From positions 1 to 31,639 of the forward strand of contig JADHRO010000001.1 of the NCBI GenBank assembly GCA_016777395.1: a stretch of DNA of 31,639 nucleotides, given 5' to 3'. Positions 18,901-26,156 of this stretch are shown piece after piece. Position 1 is the stretch's first letter; every line of letters begins with the position of its first letter. The notes beneath the pieces were generated by a model that searched no databases, was not told the origin of the DNA, and saw nothing but the letters and a program-made list of their open reading frames with translations. This stretch comes from Chitinophagales bacterium (GTDB lineage Bacteria > Bacteroidota > Bacteroidia > Chitinophagales > UBA8649). The position numbers and the translations under genes were made by a program.

Positions 18901-19612
18901 GGGTTCATATGTAGATTTAGAAGCTGGTGGAGGATTGTATTATCAATGGCAGCCAGATACTATATTTTCGAATCCTCAGTTTTACCTGACACAAGCCTCT
19001 CCGGATAGCTCTTTGACGGTAAATGTCACTGTCAGTAATGATTGTTTTAGTGATGTTGCGACTCACCCTATTATAGTAAGCCAATTACCCGCAGCCGATG
19101 CCGGGCAAGATGTAACCATTATTCGTGACGAAACAGGTTTTATCAGTGGATCCGGTTCAGGTGAACCTTTGTGGTATACTGAAGATAAAACCTTCGATGG
19201 ACTAATCGATATACCAAGTATTTTTAATCCGGAAGTTAGTCCACTGAGCACAATAAATTACGTTTTAGAAATTACTGACCCTCTGACAAATTGTGTTAAT
19301 TATGATACCATGACAGTTTTTGTTGATGTGGTAACTTTATTGGCATTCCCGTCGGGTTTCTCACCAAACGCTAATGGAGTTAATGATTTTGCTGGACTAA
19401 TTAAGTGGCTTAATATTGAAAGATTGGTATATCTATCCATTTATGATAGATGGGGTGAAGAAGTTTATAGAACGGATGAATTGTTTGGTTCTTGGGATGG
19501 AACTTATCGAGGACGAGACTGTGAAATAGGGACATACATGTGGGATATTCGTGCGGTTACCAAAGATCAAGAAGCAATCAATCGCAAGGGTAATATTACA
19601 CTGATTCGCTAA
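15920..19612 (+). CDS. T9SS type-B CTD surface protein with PKD domains and tandem Ig-like repeats
   Basis: Signal peptide FAQA|THLVGGE, RCCRN, DPDGD, two WxFGDP PKD cores, about seven Cys-bracketed repeats, CTD FSPNANGVNDF...IYDRWG...WDGTYRG...KGNITLIR. Confidence 0.92.
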   Translation: MTIKKIFFILLGLFALVPFAQATHLVGGEMTYVRLAGNTIRVTLTVYRDNINGQASFDGAAAPNAADCTISFYADNGAFLEAIQIDLDNVTLVNIQLQPCQEEIPGIETQEGTYVFDVNLNSINGFNPAQGVTLVYGRCCRNGIIDNLNNPGDQGFSALVRVPPLAFQNSSPIFNSFEQYLCVNRFNQMDFSATDPDGDSLYYFLCDPYLGLDDNAPAADAFNLNAGGTYTNYGPPYNTIAWDAAAGYSAVNPLGGVMALNGATGILGATPPTTGVFVMGVCVSEYRNGVLLSTVSRDFQYLVSQCDFPDILIATDPNLAQDSATGLFTIDADCNEGIVNFNLANNVDIVGYSWDFGDPTTASDTSNLQNPSYFYSDTGTFIVTVIGFAADGCADTSQGLVIFYPIFDPGYTYEDSCLNQDVVFIDTSFSTTGNLNSWTWNFGDPGTTQDTSTNRFPNYQYTTAGTFTASLIVTTDKGCIDTVYNNITIHPLPEPSFSLSNPQCEGTPVTLLNTSQIQSGTIQNYEWVLDSAVFNSTDVINNFNTAGVYPVQLIQISDLGCTDTLLQNITINALPTANVVGNSPICPNTNTPILASGGEDYQWTANPLLSAEDIANPIVSMLDNPATFYVQVTDSNQCISNDSLFIDLFALPPAEAGPDTSVCLNATNVISFNTSVQLQASGGLSYVWTPSIDLTTDTAAITIASPDSTITYTVTVTDTNSCVNSDSVNVVVLNPALELVSVEVDSLCFGDTVFVDVLDVGNVTSYTWSPNQFITDNSIREPGFFPPLTQEYFLETINYCYLDRDTVTIEVVSPPAIDAGPLDSICIGDPPYQLNAQPNTYDFYQWTTVDASISDNSIPNPTVQPAVNAWYYIFAVDTVGSLSCESEDSVQILVYNVPDLDLDYPANYPGYLCQGDLLDLTATSFDGTQYSWSSNPVSLITNPNSAVATISPTDTSTFFNTVTNVHGCSTSDSIVVDVQLPVVASIQGDTIMCVGSYVDLEAGGGLYYQWQPDTIFSNPQFYLTQASPDSSLTVNVTVSNDCFSDVATHPIIVSQLPAADAGQDVTIIRDETGFISGSGSGEPLWYTEDKTFDGLIDIPSIFNPEVSPLSTINYVLEITDPLTNCVNYDTMTVFVDVVTLLAFPSGFSPNANGVNDFAGLIKWLNIERLVYLSIYDRWGEEVYRTDELFGSWDGTYRGRDCEIGTYMWDIRAVTKDQEAINRKGNITLIR
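17672..19320 (+). repeat. About seven tandem Ig-like repeats in the T9SS substrate
   Basis: Recurring C-x-G...Y-x-W...P...Y/F-x-V...C-x3-D-[ST]-V pattern in the translation. Confidence 0.75.
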
Positions 19613-19632
19613 GCATTAATACCTGAAACTGT

Positions 19633-19974
19633 ATGAGTATTAGATATTTTCTATTGTTAGGAATTGGTAGTTTATGTTTTATTAAATGCCAATCAAATGC
19701 CTCTCAATCTAGCCCGGCGGATAACGTTGAAGAAGTTTATGTTTCGATGTCTGGCAGGGCTGTTTACGACATGTATTGTGTGGCTTGTCATGGTGCTAAT
19801 GGTAAAATGATGTTCTCCGGTGCAAGCGATCTTTCAATTTCAAAGCTTGATCTCCAAACACGTATTACACAAATCAAGAACGGCAAAGGAGTGATGAACG
19901 CCTTTAAAAATATCCTCAATGAAGAGGAGATAGAAAAAGTTGCGGTTTATGTGGAAGAACTTCGAATAAATTAA
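19633..19974 (+). CDS. Small class I monohaem cytochrome c, exported (possibly lipoprotein)
   Basis: Hydrophobic N-terminus with Cys, CVACH, distal Met in NGKGVMNAF. Confidence 0.9.
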   Translation: MSIRYFLLLGIGSLCFIKCQSNASQSSPADNVEEVYVSMSGRAVYDMYCVACHGANGKMMFSGASDLSISKLDLQTRITQIKNGKGVMNAFKNILNEEEIEKVAVYVEELRIN

Positions 19975-19984
19975 TCATATCCAA

Positions 19985-21112
19985 TTGCAAAAGTCAGCAA
20001 AAAGTTATTTCGCTATAGGTTTAATGTCAGGGAGCTCCTTGGACGGTTTAGATATCACTTATTGTAAATATACCAAGGATGTTGGTTCCGAAGGACAAGC
20101 CAATTGGTCCTTTGAACTATTACACGCTAAAACTGCAGCACTTAAGCATTGGGAATTACAATTAGCCCATATGGCAGACTATTCTGAAGCTGAGCTCGAT
20201 AAACTCAGTAAGGATTTTGCCGTATATATGGTGGAAGAGCTCAATCATTTCCTCTTTGAATATAAAATTAAGCAGATTGATTTGGTCTCCTCTCATGGGC
20301 ATACCATTTCTCATCATCCGGAAATTGGAAAAACTTGCCAAATTGGCGATGGACAAACCATGGCAGATTTACTCGGTCAAACTGTTGTAAACAATCTTAG
20401 ACAAAGAGATGTCGATGAGGGAGGTCAAGGTGCGCCAATAGTCCCCATAGGCGATAAGCATTTGTTTGGAGATTATCAGTTCTGTTTAAATATTGGAGGC
20501 ATTGCAAACATCAGTATCAAATTATTGAATGGACTGATTGCGTTTGATGTTTGTTCAGCCAATCAAGTCTTGAATTCCTGCGCCTTACAATTGGGCAGTC
20601 CTTTTGACAAAGACGGAGAATTTGCTAGGAATGGGTCAATTGATAAGGGCTTGCTGCAAAAACTCAATGCCTTTGAATACTACCAAAAAGTATATCCAAA
20701 ATCTTTGGATAATTCATATTCAAAAAAGTTAATTGCTAAGATTAATTCAGCTGAGATTAACCCGCAAAATGCTTTAGCTACTTACACTGAACACATAGCT
20801 GTGCAGCTAGCAAAATGTATTGAAACGTTAAAGAAAAACTTAGGCTTAAATTTCTCCAAAAATACAAGCCTACTTGTCACGGGGGGAGGGGCTTTTAATA
20901 GTTTTTTACTTGAACGATGCCAAAGTTATCTGTCTATTAGATTACATATTCCAAGTGCTGAAATTATCAATTATAAAGAAGCAATAGTTATGGGGTTCAT
21001 CGGGGTGTTAAGGCTGCGTAAGGAAGTAAATGTTCTAGCTTCAGTTACTGGAGCTAATAGGGATACATCTTGTGGGGATATTTATAATCCTAAGTTAAAT
21101 AAACTTGATTAA
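19985..21112 (+). CDS. anmK: Anhydro-N-acetylmuramic acid kinase
   Basis: GLMSGSSLDGLD, SSHGHT, GGQGAPIVP, LNIGGIANIS, VTGGGAFN, YKEA; TTG start. Confidence 0.93.
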   Translation: MQKSAKSYFAIGLMSGSSLDGLDITYCKYTKDVGSEGQANWSFELLHAKTAALKHWELQLAHMADYSEAELDKLSKDFAVYMVEELNHFLFEYKIKQIDLVSSHGHTISHHPEIGKTCQIGDGQTMADLLGQTVVNNLRQRDVDEGGQGAPIVPIGDKHLFGDYQFCLNIGGIANISIKLLNGLIAFDVCSANQVLNSCALQLGSPFDKDGEFARNGSIDKGLLQKLNAFEYYQKVYPKSLDNSYSKKLIAKINSAEINPQNALATYTEHIAVQLAKCIETLKKNLGLNFSKNTSLLVTGGGAFNSFLLERCQSYLSIRLHIPSAEIINYKEAIVMGFIGVLRLRKEVNVLASVTGANRDTSCGDIYNPKLNKLD

Positions 21113-21123
21113 ATTTATACCCT

Positions 21124-22110
21124 ATGAGTAATAAGATATTGGTAACTGGAGCCACTGGATTTGTCGGTGCAGAGATTGTAAAGCAGCTTGTGAATCAAGG
21201 AAAGTCAGTCAAGGCTCTAAAAAGAAAGACGAGCAACACCCAATTTCTGAAGGATTATGAAGGCAGCTTTGAATGGGTGATAGGGGATGTTAATGATATT
21301 CCATCTTTGGAGAGCGCATTTGAGGATGTTGACTATGTCTATCATAGTGCAGCGATGATTTCATTCGACCCTGCGCAGAAGCATAAAATGTTTAAAGTCA
21401 ATATTGAGGGTACAGCTAATATGGTTAATATATCCCTGGAAAACGGAATAAAGAAGTTCCTTCAAGTAAGTTCTGTTTCTGCTTTTGGCAGATATGATAT
21501 TAAGCATCCTATCAATGAAGAAACTAAATGGTTTGAGCATGATGAGAACACCAATTATGCCATAGCGAAAAATCGAAGTGAACTAGAAGTTTGGAGAGCA
21601 CAAGAAGAAGGCTTGAATATGGTTATTGTAAATCCTGCAACAATTTTAGGTTTTGGCGATTGGATGCAGGGCTCATCCCAAATTTTTAAAAACGTATATG
21701 ATGAGATTAGTTTTTATCCGACTGGAATCAATGGGTTTGTTGGTCTAGAAGATGTGGCTAAGGCGTGTATTCAATTGATGGATAGTGACATTAATGGCGA
21801 GCGATTCATTATTTCAGCAGAGAATTTAGCGTTTAAGGAGTTGTTTGAAATGATTGCAAATGGTTTTGGTACGAAAGTACCTAGTAAACCAATTTCCCCC
21901 TTTCTTCGGGCTATTGGCTGGCGTTTTTATTGGATGAAATCCAAATTATTGGGTCAACAACCCTTGGTCACTAAAGAGACGACACTGTATACTTCTCGAG
22001 ATTACATCTATAAGAATGATAAGATTAGAAGGGCTCTAGATTTTGAATTTGAGGACATAAAAGAGGTCGTTCAAAGAACTTGTAAAAAGTATCAAGAGGC
22101 ACGAATTTAG
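21124..22110 (+). CDS. NAD-dependent epimerase/dehydratase (extended SDR, DFR-like)
   Basis: ILVTGATGFVG, VYHSAA, VSSVSAFG, YAIAK (YxxxK), VNPATILG. Confidence 0.9.
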   Translation: MSNKILVTGATGFVGAEIVKQLVNQGKSVKALKRKTSNTQFLKDYEGSFEWVIGDVNDIPSLESAFEDVDYVYHSAAMISFDPAQKHKMFKVNIEGTANMVNISLENGIKKFLQVSSVSAFGRYDIKHPINEETKWFEHDENTNYAIAKNRSELEVWRAQEEGLNMVIVNPATILGFGDWMQGSSQIFKNVYDEISFYPTGINGFVGLEDVAKACIQLMDSDINGERFIISAENLAFKELFEMIANGFGTKVPSKPISPFLRAIGWRFYWMKSKLLGQQPLVTKETTLYTSRDYIYKNDKIRRALDFEFEDIKEVVQRTCKKYQEARI

Positions 22111-22191
22111 GCGCGTGGTTAGTATTGTATTAGTTGATAGATATATCTTGAATTTCTACTAACAAACTATAGCTATTCTAAGATGAGCGAT

Positions 22192-23844
22192 TTACACCTT
22201 TAATTCAAACTCATCAGCCGTGTCACTTGCAATATCATATCCGGCATCATTATGTCTTATTACGCCCATTGCAGGGTCATTATGAAGCACTCTGCTTAAT
22301 CGCTCGTGAGCATCTTGTGTACCGTCCGCTACGATAACCATGCCCGCATGCAAGGAATATCCCATACCTACGCCCCCTCCATGATGGAAGCTTACCCAGC
22401 TCGCACCACCAGCCGTATTGATCAAGGCATTTAAAATCGGCCAATCGGCAACAGCATCACTGCCATCTTTCATGGCTTCTGTTTCTCTATTTGGCGATGC
22501 AACTGACCCCGTATCGAGATGGTCCCTTCCAATGACTAGAGGGGCATCTAACTCACCATTTTTAACCATTTCATTGAAAGCTAAGCCAGCTTTTTCACGC
22601 TCTCCCATTGCCAACCAACATATTCTAGAAGGCAAACCTTGCCATGCAATTTTTTCTGTAGCCATGTCTAACCAACGCAGCAAGCCTTCATTTTCTGGAA
22701 AGAGCTCGCGAAGTTTATCATCACATTTATAAATGTCTTCCGGATTACCACTTAAGGCTACAAATCTGAAAGGCCCACTTCCTTTACAAAATAATGGCCG
22801 AATGTACGCAGGTACGAAACCTGGAAAGTCAAAGGCATTCAGAACATCTCGACGATCTTTTGCCTGGCCTCTTAAATTGTTTCCGTAATCGAAGGTGATT
22901 GTTCCTCTTTTTTGCAATTCCAACATTAACTTAACATGATGCGACATGGTGTTCAATGAAAGCTCTTTATATTTTTCTGGATTAGTTTCTCTGAGTTTAG
23001 TGGCATCTTCTACAGACATATCTTCAGGGAAATAGCCGATTAACTCATCATGAGCAGAGGTTTGATCGGTTAAAGTATCTACTTCAATATTTCTATCTAG
23101 TAATCGTTGCAATAAATCAACAGCATTGCATACTACTCCTATGGATATAGCCTCTCCATTCTTTTTTGCTGCTAAGGCCATATCGATACCTTCATCGATA
23201 TCGGTACTCATTTTATCTAAATATCGAGTTTCTAGTCTTTTTTTAACACGCCATTCTTCCATTTCGGCTATAAGCGCTACTCCTTCATTCATAGTAATTG
23301 CTAAGGGTTGCGCGCCTCCCATACCGCCCAATCCAGCGGTGACATTTAATTTCCCTTTTAAGGTGGGCACTCCAAAGTGTTTATTTGCCAAACTAAGGTA
23401 AGTCTCATAAGTCCCTTGGACTATACCTTGTGTACCTATATATATCCAGGATCCCGCAGTCATTTGACCGTACATCATTAATCCCTTTGCCTCCAAATCA
23501 TTAAAATGCTCCCAATTGGCCCATTTACCCACTAAATTAGAGTTTGCAATAATCACTCGCGGCGCATCTTTATGGGAGCGCATGATTCCGACTGGTTTAC
23601 CACTTTGAACCAATAAGGTTTCGTCATTCTCTAATTCCTTAAGGCTAGATAATATTTTTTCAAAGGCTTCCCAATTACGTGCGGCTTTACCTCTCCCACC
23701 ATAAACAATAAGCTCTTCCGGAAGCTCTGCTACTTCAGGGTCTAAGTTGTTTTGAATCATCCGATAGGCAGCTTCTTGCACCCAACCTTTGCAGGTTAAC
23801 TTATTTCCCTTAGGGGATCGCACTACTCTTGCTTGTGAATTCAT
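22192..23844 (-). CDS. hutU: Urocanate hydratase
   Basis: [71 protein letters not shown]. Confidence 0.98.
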   Translation of the reverse strand: MNSQARVVRSPKGNKLTCKGWVQEAAYRMIQNNLDPEVAELPEELIVYGGRGKAARNWEAFEKILSSLKELENDETLLVQSGKPVGIMRSHKDAPRVIIANSNLVGKWANWEHFNDLEAKGLMMYGQMTAGSWIYIGTQGIVQGTYETYLSLANKHFGVPTLKGKLNVTAGLGGMGGAQPLAITMNEGVALIAEMEEWRVKKRLETRYLDKMSTDIDEGIDMALAAKKNGEAISIGVVCNAVDLLQRLLDRNIEVDTLTDQTSAHDELIGYFPEDMSVEDATKLRETNPEKYKELSLNTMSHHVKLMLELQKRGTITFDYGNNLRGQAKDRRDVLNAFDFPGFVPAYIRPLFCKGSGPFRFVALSGNPEDIYKCDDKLRELFPENEGLLRWLDMATEKIAWQGLPSRICWLAMGEREKAGLAFNEMVKNGELDAPLVIGRDHLDTGSVASPNRETEAMKDGSDAVADWPILNALINTAGGASWVSFHHGGGVGMGYSLHAGMVIVADGTQDAHERLSRVLHNDPAMGVIRHNDAGYDIASDTADEFELKV

Positions 23845-23867
23845 TTAATTGAAATTTATTGATTTAT

Positions 23868-23898
23868 CAAAGTTATTTATTGTAAACATATCATCAAA
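23868..23898 (-). promoter_or_regulatory. Bacteroidota sigma-A promoter of hutU
   Basis: Minus strand TTTG (23895-23898), 19-nt spacer, TAACTTTG (23868-23875); 23 nt upstream of the ATG; full match to the -33/-7 consensus. Confidence 0.7.
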
Positions 23899-23906
23899 GG
23901 AAATGT

Positions 23907-24290
23907 TTAGGCAAATGTCCAAAGGTAATTTGCTGTAAAATTCCATAACATAAAGAAAATCATAGCGACGACTTTAGCCTTATAAAAGCTTAAGAGCTTC
24001 CATTTTTCATCTAAAAGATAAATGATGCCATTTACCATGGCTAGTCCTACTAAAGCAATTGAACCAAATTGAATCATCTGCTTCAACCACTGTGGATTAC
24101 TATCTTGGAATGTCCAAGCTTTATTGATGAAAAATCTAAAAACAATTCCTAAAAAAAATCCAATGGTGTTGGCTGTATACTTTTTTAAAACTAACTTCTC
24201 TTTCAGGATCCAAGTGGATAGCATATCAATGCCAAAACCCATTCCACCAACGGTAAAGAATTTTAAAAATGTCAGCCAAAAAGCACTCAT
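23907..24290 (-). CDS. GtrA family membrane protein
   Basis: LKFFTVGGMG, four short TM helices, NKAWTF and WNFTANYLWTF. Confidence 0.88.
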   Translation of the reverse strand: MSAFWLTFLKFFTVGGMGFGIDMLSTWILKEKLVLKKYTANTIGFFLGIVFRFFINKAWTFQDSNPQWLKQMIQFGSIALVGLAMVNGIIYLLDEKWKLLSFYKAKVVAMIFFMLWNFTANYLWTFA

Positions 24291-24303
24291 TTAGTTTGAT
24301 CCT

Positions 24304-25401
24304 TTAAATAGTGAATCTGCCATTTTCATATACTTTCTCACCATCGGCAAAAATTTCTCCTCCATTGGTCATATCGGCAATCATATCCCAATGAATACTT
24401 GAGTTATTTTTACCTCCACACTGGTGATAACTTTGTCCAATTGCCATATGAATGGTCCCTCCAATTTTTTCGTCAAATAGTATATTTTTGGTAAACTGTT
24501 GAATATTGAAATTAGTACCTACTGCAGCTTCTCCGAAATGGCGAGCACCTGGAATATCAAAAATCTTGTCTAGAAATTCTTTACCTCTTTTTGCATCCCA
24601 TTTGATTATCTCTCCATTCTTAACTTCTAAGCGAATATCTTCAACTTCGGTCCCCATATATATGCTAGGGTGAGAGAATCGTACAATTCCATTTACAGAA
24701 TCTTCAACAGGTGCGGTATAAACCTCGCCAGAAGGCATATTGGTTTTCCCATCACTATTTATCCAGATTCTACCTTCGGTGCTGAAGCTTATGTCTATAC
24801 CATTCCCTTTATAATGAACCTTCTTACAGGTATTCAGATGGTCTACAATACTTTGTTGTGTATTACTTAATTTTTGCCATTCAGCGATAGGGTCATCATA
24901 GTTAAGGTTGCAAGCACCAAAAACAAAATCTTGATATTCACTTAAACTCATGCCTGCTTCTTGCGCACTTGCTTGAGTAGGGAATTGACATAAGCTTCTG
25001 CGTAACTCATACGTACCTGTTCTTGCCATATAGGTTTTCATCATTGGCCGTCTTGCCGCACTGGCGACTTTTCTTTTTTCTGCATCCACATTCTGCCCAT
25101 CTTTTAAGTTAAATGGTGCCCGAACGACTAGGTAACAATCGAAGGTTTCCATTATTTGTTCCATAAACGGATTGACAAACTCCAGTTGATGTTGTGCTGC
25201 ATGATCCAAAAATAATTTATTCTGTTCTTGAATTTCAATATCTAAAAAAGGATGTCCACCAGCCAAATAAATTTCTTTAAGAAGCTCTTGCAAGAGTGGT
25301 TCAGCAAGATATGTGGATTTAACAAAAACCTTATCTCCTTTGCTTACTTGTAAGCAATAAGTCGTAAGAAGTTTAGCATACTTTTCATAGATTGTCTTCA
25401 T
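24304..25401 (-). CDS. M29 family (AmpS/PepS/AmpT-like) aminopeptidase
   Basis: NMPSGEVYTAP, GEAAVG, LFDEKIGGTIHMAIG, IHWDMI. Confidence 0.93.
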   Translation of the reverse strand: MKTIYEKYAKLLTTYCLQVSKGDKVFVKSTYLAEPLLQELLKEIYLAGGHPFLDIEIQEQNKLFLDHAAQHQLEFVNPFMEQIMETFDCYLVVRAPFNLKDGQNVDAEKRKVASAARRPMMKTYMARTGTYELRRSLCQFPTQASAQEAGMSLSEYQDFVFGACNLNYDDPIAEWQKLSNTQQSIVDHLNTCKKVHYKGNGIDISFSTEGRIWINSDGKTNMPSGEVYTAPVEDSVNGIVRFSHPSIYMGTEVEDIRLEVKNGEIIKWDAKRGKEFLDKIFDIPGARHFGEAAVGTNFNIQQFTKNILFDEKIGGTIHMAIGQSYHQCGGKNNSSIHWDMIADMTNGGEIFADGEKVYENGRFTI

Positions 25402-25429
25402 ATATCAATATTAGAGTAATTTAAAAAGT

Positions 25430-25461
25430 TGAAGATACAATTACTTAAAGGATTGCCCAAA
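25430..25461 (-). promoter_or_regulatory. Possible promoter for the M29 peptidase-GtrA pair
   Basis: Minus strand TTTG (25458-25461), 20-nt spacer, TATCTTCA (25430-25437), which has two mismatches to TAnnTTTG. Confidence 0.3.
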
Positions 25462-25539
25462 AATCAGAAGATGTACAAGCAAGGGAATTCAATAATTTTT
25501 TATACTTTGCATACATAATAGAATTAAAACTAAGGAGTC

Positions 25540-26151
25540 ATGATAATTATTGGAATTGCTGGAGGTACAGGTTCGGGGAAAACAACTGTTGTAAATAAAA
25601 TTATGAGTGTTATTCCAGAGGGTCATGTTGCCGTATTAGGTCAAGACTCTTACTATCAAGATAATTCCAAAGTTAGTTTTGAAGAGCGACAAAAAGTCAA
25701 CTATGATCATCCTCGATCAATCGATTTCGAGCTACTCATTCAGCACATCAATGATTTGAAAGCAGGCAAGAAAATTCATGAGCCGATATATTCATACCTT
25801 ACGCATAGCAGAACAGATGATTATAAAGTGATTCATCCCAAAGATGTAATTATTATTGAAGGCATATTGGTCTTCACAAATGAAGAATTACGTAGCTTAT
25901 GTGACATTAAAATATTTGTTCATGCGGATGCTGATGAACGATTAATAAGACGAATGAGGCGAGATATTACCGAGCGTGGACGAGATATCAACGAAGTCTT
26001 GAATCGTTATGAAACAATGCTCAAGCCGATGCATAACCAATTCATAGAACCTACCATGAAGTATGCTGACATTATCGTTCCTATAGGCGGAGATAATGTT
26101 GTAGCTATTGATGTTCTGGCTTCTATGATAAAAGATAAACTTAAGACTTAA
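25540..26151 (+). CDS. udk: Uridine kinase
   Basis: IGIAGGTGSGKTT P-loop, QDSYY, NYDHP, IIEGIL, RRMRRDITERGR, FIEPTMKYADIIVP. Confidence 0.96.
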   Translation: MIIIGIAGGTGSGKTTVVNKIMSVIPEGHVAVLGQDSYYQDNSKVSFEERQKVNYDHPRSIDFELLIQHINDLKAGKKIHEPIYSYLTHSRTDDYKVIHPKDVIIIEGILVFTNEELRSLCDIKIFVHADADERLIRRMRRDITERGRDINEVLNRYETMLKPMHNQFIEPTMKYADIIVPIGGDNVVAIDVLASMIKDKLKT

Positions 26152-26156
26152 GGCGG

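Noticed and set aside
23907-25401. GtrA next to the M29 peptidase as a glycosylation module or prophage serotype-conversion relic
   Set aside because: No glycosyltransferase, integrase or phage gene in the window; lone GtrA genes are common.
25495-25512. TATACTTTGC upstream of udk as a -7 promoter box
   Set aside because: Off-register from TAnnTTTG and no -33 element at the proper spacing.
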